Assembly (NCBI RefSeq): GCF_009914755.1
Contig: NC_060925.1
Strand: one strand, 5' to 3'
Length of the DNA stretch: 64,000 bases
DNA from: the human T2T-CHM13v2.0 reference genome, Homo sapiens
The notes beneath the pieces were generated by a model. It made no database searches. It was not told the origin of the DNA and was given only the letters and a program-made list of their open reading frames with translations. The position numbers and the translations under genes are program-made. The number at the start of each line of letters is the position of its first letter. Within the stretch, counting starts at the first letter, position 1. Positions 1 through 24,858 of this stretch are shown here, piece by piece.

Positions 1-273
1 TACAGGCGTGAGAAACTGCTCCCTGGCTAAGAATACCATTCTTATTCAACATGTCAGGGAATATTAAATGATATAACACAAGCAGGGCAATTAAGAGCTG
101 GGGATATAGAATGAAGTAGTCAGTGCTGGTGAACTCAGGAAAGGGTTTGTGAAAGACAGACAAGCTTTGAGCATCATTAATAACTTATGTATCAGACCAC
201 CTCTTGGTGTCATTATTTTTATCAATGGTAGGAACTGTTTTTCCAGTTACCCATGATTAATCCTTAGCTGTCT

Positions 274-5453
<5,180 letters not shown>

Positions 5454-7233
5454 TAAATTGAAGTCACAAACATATATGTGTCTACCCTGTAACTCATCAC
5501 CTGGTAGGGTAACACTAAAAGTTAAAAGCTTTAGGCTGGACATGGTGGTTCATGCCTATAATCCCAGCACTTTGGGAGGCCGAGGTGGATCACTTGAGGC
5601 TAAGAGTTTGAGACCAGCCTGAGCAACATAGGGAGACCCTGTCCCTACACAAACAAACAAACAAGCAAACAAAATAAAGAAACAAAAATGTCTGGGCACG
5701 GTGTCTAACGCCTGTAATCCCAACACTTTGGGATGCTGAGGCAGGCGGATCACGAGGTCAGGAGTTCGAGACCAGCCTGACCAACATTGTGAAACCCCAT
5801 CTCTATTAAAAATACAAAAATTATCTGGGCGTGGTGACACGCGCCTGTAATCCCAGCTACTCAGGAGGCTGAGGCAGGAGAATACCTTGTAACCGGGAGG
5901 CAGAGGTGTAGTGAGCTGAAATCGTGCCACTGCACTCCAGTCTGGGAGACAGAGTGAGGCTCTGTCTCAAAAACAAAACAAAACAAAAAAACAAACAAAC
6001 CAAAAATTACTTTGCTTTTCTTTGTAACTCCACATCTTCTCCTGCTGTCAGGTATTATAAACAGTTTGCTGAATGAACCTTCCTTCAGTGGTTGCTCATG
6101 ACCCAAACCATTCAGACTGCCTGATCTAGCATTAGAGGTTCTCTCATGATGAAGCACTACCTTATTTATACCTTACATTTTTTTTTTTTTGAGATGAAGT
6201 CTTGCTCTTTCGCCCAGTCTGGAGTGCAGTGGTGTGATTTTGGCTCATTGCAACTTCCATCCCCCGGTTCAGGCAATTCTCCCTGCCTCAGTCTCTCCAA
6301 TAGTTGGGATTACAGGTGCCTCCCACCACGCCTGGCTAATTTTTGTATTTTTAGTAGAGATGGGGTTTCATCATGTTGGCCAGGCTGGTCTCCGAAGCCC
6401 TGACCTCAGGTGATCCACCTGCCTCGGCCTCCCAAAGTACTGGGATTACAGGTGTGAGCCACTGCGCCTGGCCCTATACCTTACATTTGATATGAATCCT
6501 TTCATTTTTAGATAAGCTGATTTACATAAAGTCATCCTAACATCATGCCTATTTCCACTTTCCACTTGTTAATCCTATTCTTTTATTTGGAATATCTTTC
6601 AATTCAACAAAACATCCAAACACTGTGCTACATGCTGGGAATGAAAGATAAATGAGACACAATGCAGAGCCTCACAGAGTGAATGGGGACTAGCAAGAAA
6701 ATAGTAAATTATAATAGAAAAGCACAGGATATTCTAGGAGGCATGTGTTAAAACTTATTTGAATAGGGCTGGGGGCAGTGGCTTAACACCTGTAATTCCA
6801 GCACTTTGGGAGGCTGAGGCAGGAGGATTGCTTGAGGCCAGGAGTTTGAGACCAGCCTGGGCAATATAGGAAGATCACGTTGCTCTTAAAAAAAAAAAAA
6901 AAAAAAAAAAAGGCATGATGGCATGTGCCTGTAGTCCTAGCTACTCAGGAGGCTGAGGCAGGGGGATTGCTTGAGTCTAGGAGTTTAAGGTTACAGTGAG
7001 CTATGATCACACCATTTCACTCCAGCCTTAGGCAACACAGCAAGACCCAGTCTCAAAAAAAAAAAAAAAAAGAAAAAAGAGTTGAACGGGTTGAACAAAA
7101 ATGTTGCCTGACAAAGATTCCACAGTTATATATCAGATGAAACTACAGATATAAATGCAATCCAATAAGAATGGGACAATTATACAAATAGATAAACAGA
7201 ATGGGGAAACCAGATTCAACTGGTGTAACTTAC

Positions 7234-7383
7234 CTTTCTCCATACTGAAATCTGAATGGACCTGAAAGACTTTACTTGCTGGAATGTCTAGCAAAGTATT
7301 ACTGAACTGTACATGGCACAGCATGAGGGTCGCTGGAAGAAGTACTTTTGTAATGGCCAAGGCCTGGTTTGGGGTACAGAATC
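7234..7383 (-). CDS. NUP210L: NUP210L coding exon, 150 bp: FCTPNQALAITKVLLPATLMLCHVQFSNTLLDIPASKVFQVHSDFSMEK(G)
   Basis: ttttcag| acceptor, AAG|gtaag donor; phase 1-1; ORF 7133..7360. Confidence 0.92.
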
Positions 7384-7971
7384 CTGAAAAGCAGAAAAGA
7401 GGTAAATAGCTTTGTCACTAACAAGAATTTGTAAAAAGAGAGACCATTATATGGAGGCAATTTTGAAGCATAAAAAAAATAAGCAAGAAAGAGGGTCAGT
7501 TATGGCTGGTTTGCCCACCTCTGCTTCAATCAAGGTGAAAGAATAGTGTGAGACCCTCGCATTCTAATTTGTGAATGACTACAGTGGGGCTTCCATTATC
7601 AATGTCATACATAGGTAGTGTCTTTTTTCAAAGATTTTTTTTGAAAAATCTTTGAGATGAAGTCTTGCTCTGTCGCCCAGTCTGGAGTGCAGTGGTGTGA
7701 TTTTGGCTCACTGCAACTTCCATCTCCCGGTTCAGGCAATTCTTCCTGCCTCAGTCTCCCCAGTAGTTGGGATTACAGGTGTCTCCCACCACGCCTGGCG
7801 TCAGTGGGAGTAAGATAGATTACAGGGAAGTTAGAAATCTATTAAAAATAGGCCAGGCGCGGTGGCTCACACCTGTAATCCCAGCACTTTGGGAGGCCGA
7901 GGCAGGCGGATCACCTGAGGTTGGGAGTTCGAGACCAGCCTGACCAACATGGAGAAACCCCGTCTCTACTA

Positions 7972-8130
<159 letters not shown>

Positions 8131-8395
8131 TCAAATAAATAAATAAATAAATAAATAAATAAAAATAAAGCAGTACAGTTGGGAGGTAGCTTTTAGGTCT
8201 AAGAGAATTTGTTTTTCATATACAATGTTGTAATACAATTACAATATAATTCAAGCCCCAAATCCCTAGAACTTCATCACAAGTGGTGCCTTAAGAGGAA
8301 TCATATAGACAGCAAGAAGTGGACTGTTGTTATCATTGGGTCAGCTGCAATGAGTGGCATTCTTGAAAAATCTTCAGCAAAATCAAAGGGACTGA

Positions 8396-8720
<325 letters not shown>

Positions 8721-9505
8721 TGATCCATCCGCCTCGGCTTCCCAAAGTGCTGGGATTACAGGTGTGAGCCACCGCGCCTGGCCATCTCTATTTTTTTTTT
8801 TTTTCTGAGAGATGGGGTCTTGCTTTGTTGCCCAGGCTGGTCTCAAACTCCTGGCCTCAAGCGATCCTCCCACCACAGCCTCCTAAATAATTGGGATTAC
8901 AGGCATGAGCCACCACTCCAGAGTACTAAAATTATCTTAAGTTTTTTTTTTTTTTTTTTTTTTTTTTTGAGATGGAGTCTCACTCTGCCGCCTAGGCTGG
9001 AGTCCAGTGGTGCGATCTCGGCTCACTCTAACCTCCGCTTCCCGGGTTCAAGCAATTATCTTGCCTCAGCCTCCAAGTAGCTGGGATACAGGCACACGCC
9101 ACCACACCCAGCTAGTTTTTGTATTTTTAGTAGAGATGGGGTTTCACCATGTTGGTCAGGCTGGTCTTGAACTCCTGGTCAGGCTGGTCTTGAACTCCCG
9201 ACCTCAGGTGATCTGCCTGCCTTGGCCTCCCAAAGTGCTGGGATTATAGGTGTAAGCCACCGCGCCCGGCCTAAAATTTGTATTTTTAAAACTAGAAAGA
9301 CAATAGTGACTAGGATGAGCCTATTTTAAAACCTTAGTCTAGTCATAATTTCTGAGGTCTCATAGAGCTCTATGATTTATTTGTCAAGATGGAGTCAGTT
9401 TTGAAATAAAAAGAAAATCTGGATTACTAATCCAAAGGGATAAATGAATTGAGGGAAAACGAGAAAGATAGGAACAATCACTGAAACCATGAAGAGATTC
9501 CTGAC

Positions 9506-9632
9506 CTTTAAGATTGACACCATTTCTGCCAGTGGTGATGAAGAGCTTGAATACAGTTGAATTGAGGGTATTGGTGAGATAAGTCTTGAGGTCATAACTG
9601 AGCATTAATCTTGATGATGCATTGACCACCAC
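9506..9632 (-). CDS. NUP210L: NUP210L coding exon, 127 bp: VVVNASSRLMLSYDLKTYLTNTLNSTVFKLFITTGRNGVNLK(G)
   Basis: acag| acceptor, AAG|gtcag donor; ORF 9384..9632. Confidence 0.92.
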
Positions 9633-10161
9633 CTGTCAGCAAATCAAAGGAAAATCTGCACCTAAGTTCCTAGAGAATCTGACTCCTTCCAGATCCACCC
9701 CTCATAACTTATTTAACCAAAAGTATCTGTTTCACACAAGTACAGATTCCATCTCATGACCACATATTTGAGAACAACAAAATCTGTTTGCCTTTGAAGA
9801 CAAAATAACTTTTTTTTTTTTTTAATCAGGGTCTTGCTCTGTCACCCAGGCTGGAGTGCAGTGGCATGATCATGGCTGACTGAAGCCTCAAATTCCTAGG
9901 CTCAAGCAATCCTCCTGCCTCAGCCTCTAGAGAAGCTGGGACTACACGTATGTGTCACCATGCCTAACCAACAAAAGACGGGGTCAGCCGCGCGCGGTGG
10001 CTCACGTCTGTAATCCCAGCACTGGGAGGCCGAGGCGGGCGGCTCACCTGGGGTCAGGAGTTCCAGACTGGCCTGACCAACATGGAGAAACCCCGCCTCT
10101 ACTAAAAAAAACACAAAATTAGCCGGGCTTGGTGGTGCATGCCTGTGATCCCAGCTACTCA

Positions 10162-10266
<105 letters not shown>

Positions 10267-10501
10267 TCAAAAAAAAAAAAAAAAAACAAAGACGGGGTCT
10301 TGGCCAGGCGCGGTGGCTCAGAGCGAGACTCCAAAAAAAAAAAAAGACGGGGTCTCACTATGTTGCCCCAGGTGGTCTAGAACTCCTGGCCGCAAGCCAT
10401 CCTTCCACCTTGGCCTCCCAAAGTGCTGAGATTACAGGCATAAACTACCATGCCTAGCCCAAAATAACATTTTTTCTAGAAGGAAGTCTTGGGTCCAATT
10501 A

Positions 10502-10925
<424 letters not shown>

Positions 10926-11015
10926 CTAGTTGCACATAATCTCAATCTTTTCTGAAACTTCAAAGTACATTGTTTTTTCTCAAGAATACTTGTACTATTC
11001 TGCCTTATATTGTAA

Positions 11016-11336
<321 letters not shown>

Positions 11337-12051
11337 TAAATTTAAATGCAATATACTCTACATTCTCCTTAGTATTACCACAGGTTTTTTAAATTCAAGA
11401 ACCTTAAAACCCAAGTTAGTTACATTAATGGCTTAATAAAGAAAGGAATTTTGTCTTTTTCATATTTGTATTTCTGGAGGCCAGCACAATGCCTGACACT
11501 TAATAGGCTTTAATGAGTATCTGCTAATTAGTGAATATTAAATGAGGATTCGATGAAGTACACAAATTAGAATAGGAATGACCTTTGGACTTCCCTGTAG
11601 CATCTAACACCACAACCATTTCCTCCTTTGCCTTCTATGACACTGTTTCTCTTTGCTTTTCTGGTTCCTAATCCCTTCTCAGTCTCTTTTTCTAGTACTC
11701 TTTTCATGCTACCTCTGTCCTTGAACCTCTTATCTGCTTATAATACAAGTTCTTTTTGGATGTTATCCAAATTTTCCCTCTCTACCCTTATTAATTTTGT
11801 ATTGAAGTTGCCCTGATTTATTCATTAGTCTTCAAGCACAACATGTACTTTTATTTGCCTATTGTAATTATTTGTGCCATGTATGTAATTGTTTATGTCA
11901 CCACTAGACTATGAGCTCCTCAAAAGAAGGCACCAGATACCATGTGCACACATATTGAGTAACTTACTCATCTATAAAGTTGGGGCCGGGTGCAGTGACT
12001 CACATCTGTAATCCCAGCGCTTTGGGAGGCTGAGGCAGGCAGATCATTTCA

Positions 12052-12261
<210 letters not shown>

Positions 12262-12304
12262 TTATAAAAATAAATAAATAAAATAAAACAAAGTTGGGAA
12301 AATA

Positions 12305-12482
12305 CTTTTTTTTCTTCAACTTTTATTTTAAGTTCCAGGGTACATGTGCAGGATGTGCAGGTTTGTTACATAGGTTAATGTGTGCCATGGTGGTTTGCTG
12401 CATAGATCAACCTATCACCCAGGTATTAAGCCCAGCATCCATTAGTTATTCTTCCTGATGCTCTCCCTCCCTCCATGCCCCA
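12305..12482 (-). mobile_element. L1PA-type 3' end fragment
   Basis: TTTTATTTTAAGTTCCAGGGTACATGTGCAGGATGTGCAGGTTTGTTACATAGG. Confidence 0.85.
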
Positions 12483-12821
12483 CATATTTATTTTGCAGAG
12501 TTAAAAGTGATACAATTAAAAGTGATAGGTGTACTGGATGTTAAAAAAAAAAAAAAAAAAGACTGGGCTAGATGTGGTGGCAAACACCTGTAATCCCAGC
12601 ACTTCGGGAGGCTGAGGCAGGTAGAACACTTGAGCCCAGGAGTTCGAGATCAGCCTGGGCAACAGGGTGAAACCCCATCTATCCAAAAACACAAAAAATT
12701 GGCTGGGCACAGTGGCTCATGCCTGTAATCTCAGCACTTTGGGAGGCTGAGGTGGGCAGCTCACTTGAGGTCAGGAGTTCGAGACAAGCCTGGCCAACAT
12801 GGTGAAACCCTGTCACTACTA

Positions 12822-13019
<198 letters not shown>

Positions 13020-13166
13020 TTAGCCGAGTGTGGTGGTGTGCACCTGTGGTCCCAGCTACTCAGGAGACTGAGGTGGGAGGATCACTTGAGCCTAGGAGGT
13101 GGATCTGAGTGATCTGAGATCACACCACTGCACTCCAGCCTGGGTGACACAGCAAGACCCTGTCTC

Positions 13167-13168
13167 AA

Positions 13169-13215
<47 letters not shown>

Positions 13216-13220
13216 AAATA
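13167..13220. repeat. (TAAA)n Alu-tail microsatellite
   Basis: Directly visible. Confidence 0.9.
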
Positions 13221-13719
13221 AAAAAAATAGATGGCTAGGTGCAGTGGCTCATGCCTATAATCCTAGCACTTTGGGAGGCTGAGGCAGAAAGATGACCTGA
13301 ATCTAGGAGTTTGAGACCAGCCTGGACAACATAGCGAGACCCTGTGTCTGCAAAAAAATAAAAATAATTAGCCAGGTATGCTGGCACACACTTGTGGTCC
13401 TGCTACTTTGGAGGCTGAGGCAGGAGGATGGCTTGAAACCAGGAGTTTGAGGCTGCAGTGAGCCATGATTGCATCATTGTATTCCAGCCTGGGCAACAGT
13501 GAGACACTGTCTCTTAAAAGAAAAAAAAAAGATGAGAAGTGCCAAGCCCATAGTAGATACACAAAAAGTTGTAGCTACCATGTTTGAGGAATGAAAAAAG
13601 AGGATCAAAGAAGTGCTTTGGGCAAAGAGGAAGGAGACATTACATATATTTAAGAAGGGAATAGAAAATATTTCATTAAAAAAATCCCTTTATTGTTTAC
13701 CTATCTCACCTACTCAAGA

Positions 13720-16020
<2,301 letters not shown>

Positions 16021-16192
16021 GGTTAAGAATCCTGAACACTGTTTAGCTTTGTGTTCCAGTAAAGTTTGCTGGCTGGCTTTATATCTGTTTTATGAGTGTA
16101 TTTCCTTTCCTAAGATGTATTTTCTCTATGCATATCCTCATATGTGGCAATAGTCACCCTAGTCTCTTAAACTCTGATACAGTTATGTTTAC

Positions 16193-16329
16193 CTCTCGAT
16201 ATGTTTTCACTACTCCTGGGATGTCATGAAAAATCATTGCAGTCCCCGGACTCCTGGCCACTCCTACTCCAGTGACAATGTCTGTCTGTAGAATATTGTT
16301 GGCAGAAATCATCCATATCCCAGGTTCAC
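16193..16329 (-). CDS. NUP210L: NUP210L coding exon, 137 bp: EPGIWMISANNILQTDIVTGVGVARSPGTAMIFHDIPGVVKTYRE
   Basis: ttttcctag| acceptor, GAG|gtaaa donor; phase 1-0. Confidence 0.92.
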
Positions 16330-16888
16330 CTAGGAAAAGACAAGAGAAAACACTTGGCTGAAGCCTTTGATATAAATCACTCTGGACTTATTCATACTCC
16401 AAATCAGTAAATTTTTCAAGCATGCAGATATCTCTTCCCAGGAGAAACAGCCAGCTTTGAAGATAACTGTTTTCTCAGTGTCAGGTTCCTCTTCGTATAT
16501 CATGCCAGCAAAATAAAGAATCATAAGAAGAGCTACGTAGTTGGAGAATGTAACTGTTCTCCTTGGGAAAAAGAGAAGCTCTTTTTACATACAGGGATAA
16601 CTTTCTGAATAAATTTTGTTTAGAAGCTACTAAGGACAAATTTGCTTTGAGCTACTGATTGATGACAGCAAGAAGACTGCAAAAAAGTGACCATGGCAAG
16701 AGAAAGGATTTGTTTATTTTGGCTTAAGTCTAAAGATGGCCGAGGAATGCCAAATACTGGGTTAGAGTTTGTACTTAGCCTGCAGGATTACTGATCCTGG
16801 CATATGGCTCTTTCCTTCATCACATGATGAAGCCTCCCAAAATTCCAGATTGGAAGACTATGGGACAATCCTGTCAAAAATATAGCTA

Positions 16889-17236
<348 letters not shown>

Positions 17237-17681
17237 TCATTGACAAGGGATTTATAATCAGGGGATTGTAACTCTCATTGCCAACCTTAAAGTAGGTTTA
17301 GCTCATTGGTCCTGGATTGCATGTTGGTAGTGGTTGTTTGCAAATCAGCTGTTATAGCATTGGGGGATTCAGCTGTATAGAGCCCCTTTGTATCAAGGTC
17401 CAAAATACGTATTAATGTTAAAGTCAGGTCCAACATTTACATCACTTTACCTAAACATATGTATCCATAGTTACCAGAAGAGGCTGCAAAGCCAAAACCA
17501 TACATTACTACAAGCAGTTCTTACTTGGATGTACACATCCAGGCAGTGTACACCACTTTGGGATATGATATTTGGAAACCCAAAGAATTCACACTCATTT
17601 CCTAACCAAAGAATGATTTCCTTTTCTTTTTTTTGAGACACAGCCTGTCATCCAGGCTGGAGTGCAGTAGTGCGATCATAG

Positions 17682-18021
<340 letters not shown>

Positions 18022-18143
18022 TGATCCGCCTGCTTCAGCCTCCCAAAGTGCTGGGGTTACAGGCGTGAGTCACTACACCCGGCCTTAATTTTTGTATTTT
18101 TAATAGAAACAGGATTTCACCATGTTGGCCAGGCTGGTCTTGA

Positions 18144-18501
<358 letters not shown>

Positions 18502-19385
18502 TGATTTTATTTTTAACTCAGTACTTAGGACAGAAATGCTTTGTTTTCAAGAGTATAGTTGGCCAGGGGCCAACCCCTTGTATAAAAAATATAAAAATTA
18601 GCCAGGCGTGGTGTTGTGTGCCTGTAGTCCCAGCTACTTGGGAGGCTAAGGCAGGAGACTCGCTTGAACCCAGGAGTCAGAGGTTGCAGTGAGCAGAGAT
18701 CATGTCACTGCCCACTGCCCTCCAGCCTGAATGACAGAGTGAGACTCTGTCTCTAAAAAAAAAAACAAAACAAAGTATAGTTTATCCGGGTAAAAGAAAA
18801 AACCTTATTACAATGATGATATGTTAGGACTTAGGCCTTCAAATGTGCCTCACAAAATAGCATACACATAACTAGTTCTTAGAACTAAAGCCTTATTGCC
18901 CTTTCCTTCCTGTTATCCTTTACTGTCCTTCAATATAGTAATTACCCTCCTTCAAAAGCTGGGAATGGAGGAGAAGACACAGTACCCTGCACTATCTACA
19001 TAATATAAAATAGAGCTATGTATCCAATAGACTCTTGATCAATATTACTGGCTGGCTTCTAATTGGCTGGCTATTGAGTGAAACAGGCATTAAGCTAAAA
19101 ATTATCAGTAACATTACAAATAATAAAATACTCAAAATTATTTTCTTTCTCAGAGAGTCCCTCAGATTTTAGATAATTTGGAAAAAAATATTCTAGGGGA
19201 TTAATTGCTTTCTTGAACTTCTGGCCTTAAGTGACCTCTCCAGCTTGGCCTCCCAAAGGGCTGAGATTATGGGTATAAACCACTATACCAGTCCAAGGGA
19301 TTAATAACTGCTTTTTTTTTTAATAACTGCTTTTTAATCCCCACAACTATCAATTGTAAGTTTGAGAAAGGGAATGTATACATAC

Positions 19386-19603
19386 CATGCTGGCTGACAA
19401 GGTGAGTACTGAAGCAGATGATATCTCCAACAAAGGTAAGCTTGGTGTCTGGCTCAATGGCATGCTCTACAGCAACAGGAATATAATCTGCCATGCCTGG
19501 ATGTCTCCGGTCCCAAAGCCCCACAAGTGTCAGCCCTCTGTTCACAGCCTGGGCCATGTAAGTATAGTTCTTATTCCCTGGTCCAATATGCAGCAAGTCA
19601 TCT
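19386..19603 (-). CDS. NUP210L: NUP210L coding exon, 218 bp: DDLLHIGPGNKNYTYMAQAVNRGLTLVGLWDRRHPGMADYIPVAVEHAIEPDTKLTFVGDIICFSTHLVSQH(G)
   Basis: gcag| acceptor, G|gtatg donor; ORF 19267..19617. Confidence 0.93.
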
Positions 19604-19959
19604 CTGCAAGTAGACATTAAAGGTAGAAATCTTTAAAAAGAGACAATAGTTAGAAAATAGTTCTGGAGAACACCCTACCACATTTTATATTCAACAGCTC
19701 AGAAGTTCAGAAGGAATTCCACAATAAAGAGTAAGTAAGTATGGGCCAAGGATCAGTCTATTACCTTCATACGTATAGTTCCCAGGAAGGCTTTTTTTTT
19801 TTTCCAGTAAAGCCTTTTGATAATAATACTCCAGTTAGCTCCCTATGGATCTTTTAGTGAATTAGAACTTGACAGATTTAAGATATCCTGCATTTTTTCT
19901 TAAGTGACAACTAATACCATTGCCTAAGTCTGGTCTTTTTTTTTTTTTTTTTTTTTTAA

Positions 19960-20118
<159 letters not shown>

Positions 20119-20381
20119 TAGAGATGGGGTTTCACCATGTTGTCCAGGCTGGTCTCGAACTCCTGGGCCCAAGTGATCCTCCCTCCTCAGCCTCCCAAAG
20201 TGCTGAGGTTACAGGTGTGAGCCACCCACCTGGCCTCACTTAAAAAAATTTTTTTTAACAAAAGAAAGATCAACTTCCAAATTCAGAATGTGAGAGGAAT
20301 TTACTGGAGCTGCTATATAATACTAGCCTAATATGCAAGATTTCTACCATAGTGTCAATACCATTCCTTTGACTTCCATAC

Positions 20382-20557
20382 CTGTTCAGAGCCAGATAAA
20401 GCTGGGTATTGTGTGTGTGGAATTTCTCTCCGATACTATTATAAAACTGAACAGTGAAGGTAAGAGACATGCCCAAGGGAAATGCTGACAGGGTCCTTCC
20501 TTGGGCTGTGTATAGCTTGGGTTGGCTGCTCACTCGCAGGTATGTCACCGGTGCTAC
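20382..20557 (-). CDS. NUP210L: NUP210L coding exon, 176 bp: VAPVTYLRVSSQPKLYTAQGRTLSAFPLGMSLTFTVQFYNSIGEKFHTHNTQLYLALN(R)
   Basis: acag| acceptor, AG|gtatg donor; inside ORF 20270..20800. Confidence 0.93.
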
Positions 20558-20717
20558 CTGTGGGAGACAAAACCTACTGGTACAGAGAAAGATGCACTGG
20601 AGAAGTGCTGCAACCATATTCTGAGACTTATAATCAATGATAAAGAGTGATGTTTCTTTTCCATAGGAAATAGCTTTTGATGTGAGATGACTTAAGTCAG
20701 AGTGAAAAGAAATATGA

Positions 20718-21050
<333 letters not shown>

Positions 21051-21509
21051 TAATTTTTTTTTTTTTGAGACGGAATTTTGCTGTCTCGCCCAGGCTGGAG
21101 TGCAGTGGTGCAATCTCAACTTACTGCAACCTCCGCCTCCTGGGTTCAAGCAATTCTCTGCCTCAGCCTCCTGAGTAGCTGAGATTACAGGCGCCCGCCA
21201 CAATGCCCGGCTAATTTTTTTGTATTTTTAGTAGAGATGGGGGTTTCACCATCTTGGCCAGGTTGGTCTTGAACTCCTGACCTCGTGATCCACCCGGCTC
21301 GGCCTCCCAAAGTGCTGGGATTGGCGTGAGCCACTGTGCCCAGCCAGGTTTTTAATTTTTAAAGCTGTGGGAATGTGAAGAGAAGCTGGAGCTTTATGAG
21401 GAAAGGACTATAATTCATCCATTTCATGCAGAGTGCTCAATATTTATGGTTAAATAATCAATTACTTATCAGGAACACAATCTATATTGTGTTTTCACAC
21501 TGTAAGAGA

Positions 21510-21710
21510 GCTGTGATACAGTAAGTGAAGCCCGCGTTTGAATCATAGCTTTATCATTTCATAGCCTCATGTAACTTTTCTGGGTCTCAGGTTTCTTATC
21601 AGTTAACAGTTAGATGGGGATAATAATGCCTACCTCATAGGGCTTTTGTGGTAGTTAAAAGAGATAATATACATACAATGACGAACATAGTATATAGTAG
21701 ATGTTTAATG
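21510..21710 (+). mobile_element. MIR relic
   Basis: TCTCAGGTTTCTTATC...ATGGGGATAATAATGCCTACCTCATAGGGC. Confidence 0.65.
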
Positions 21711-22803
21711 TCTAAAATTTTTTTTCGTGTTAAGACTAACTTATCTCTGAGGTCTTTTCTCAATTTTTTAATTCTTGTAGCAAAGCTTAATTTTTTAAAA
21801 AGAAACAGATTGTTGCTTTGTTTTCCAGGCTGCAGTGCAGCAGTTCAATTGCAGCACAAAGCAGCCTCGAACTCCTAGGTTCGTGTGATCCTCCACCTCA
21901 GCCTCCCAAGCAGCTAGGACTGCAGACATGTGCCACCAAGCCCGGCTATTTTTTTTTTTTTTTCATTTTTTGTAGAGATAGGGGTCTCATTATGTTGCTC
22001 AGGCTGGTCTTAAACTCTTGGCCTCAAGTGATTCTCCTGCCTCAGCCTTCCAAAGTGCTGGGCTTACAGGCGTGAGTCACCCAGCCCAGCCAATTTTGAT
22101 AGCAATCATTCTACACTCCTCCGATACCAGTCCTTTTGCCAAAGCTGCTAGGAAGACAATCATATAAATTTAGGCTGATCTGTTTTTTTTTTTTTTTTTT
22201 TTTTTTTTTGAGATGGAGTCTTGCTGTCGCCCAGGTTGGAGTGCAGTGGCGTGATCTTGGCTCACTGCAGGCTCCGCCCCCCGGGGTTCACGGCATTCTC
22301 CTGCCTCAGCCTCCTGAGTAGCTGGGACTACAGGCGCCCGCCACCTCGCCCAGCTAATTTTTTGTATTTTTAGTAGAGAAGGGGTTTCACCGTGTTAGCC
22401 AGGATGGTCTCGATCTCCTGACCTCGTGATCCGCCTGCCTCAGCCTCCCAAAGTGCTGGGATTACAGGCGTGAGCCACCGTGCCCGGCCAGGCTGATCTG
22501 TTTTATAACAAGGGCTCTAAAGTTCATTTTAATTTTATGGCTTATAACCATGTCAAGACTGGCCTCTTATAGGTTCATTTCTGACTCCCAGAGAGTTTCT
22601 TCTTCTTCTTCTTCTCCTTTTTTTTTTTTTTTTTCTGGTTCATGTTCTCTCATGATACAGAAGTTTCTAATTCTTTTCTTTTTCTTTTTTTCTTTAATGG
22701 CATGATAAGAAAATTTCTAGTTTTTTAAAAAAGAAACTCTGCTTTTTAAGGCCAGGGTATGACTTTTATTTATTTGTTTTTTTTAGTAAGTCCATGAACT
22801 CAC

Positions 22804-22978
22804 CTGGACCCCAGTTATGGTTGTTTGGTTGACTCCAAAAGGTTCTATAGAAGTGACTTCCAATACAGCAGTACCTGCAATGGAACCAGCTTTCAGGAGC
22901 CCTTCACCATCCTCCTCAATGACGGATGAATTAGGGAAACACTTGAGAACACGAGAACTCACGAAGGCAGCTCCTTCC
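22804..22978 (-). CDS. NUP210L: NUP210L coding exon, 175 bp: EGAAFVSSRVLKCFPNSSVIEEDGEGLLKAGSIAGTAVLEVTSIEPFGVNQTTITGVQ
   Basis: ctag| acceptor, CAG|gtgag donor; ORF 22783..22989. Confidence 0.93.
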
Positions 22979-23198
22979 CTAGGGAACAAGGAAAGGAAGT
23001 GGCATCTTTTTGGGGTCCTGTCTGACCAGAGAGAAAAGAGTAAAAATTTCCAGGATTACTGTTAGGGGATGTACTCGAGAAAACTGCTTGCCATTCTCCA
23101 CGTGTGTAATTATTTGTTCCTCAGGTAAAAGTCTGCCTTTGGATTATGCTTATTTCTTTAAAATCAAATCTTATTACATATTTATAATTAAAGAATTA

Positions 23199-24650
<1,452 letters not shown>

Positions 24651-24766
24651 AAAAAATTATTTGGGAAAAATCTCCTAGAAGGCAAAAGTGTTCTTTCTAT
24701 GTCAATGTTTTACTGAAAATACTTAAGCTTAGATCCTGGCACTTCCTTATTCTCCCTTTTCCTTAC

Positions 24767-24858
24767 CTGTTGGTATGGAGTTTGAGCTGAGAATTTATAG
24801 GCATCAGAATCTGCTCTGGTTGGCACTCTGGATAGAAGAGTTGGAGTTTTTCAAACAC
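24767..24858 (-). CDS. NUP210L: NUP210L coding exon, 92 bp: VFEKLQLFYPECQPEQILMPINSQLKLHTN(R)
   Basis: atag| acceptor, AG|gtaag donor; ends in phase 2. Confidence 0.92.

Noticed and set aside
5861-6157. Possible further NUP210L exon in the unique stretch near 6000-6170
   Set aside because: No phase-compatible acceptor/donor pair giving gp210-like sequence; the next exon appears to lie outside the window.
9153-9198. 23-bp tandem duplication inside an Alu (similar small ones near 30130-30170 and 61556-61586)
   Set aside because: Ordinary slippage duplications in neutral repeats.
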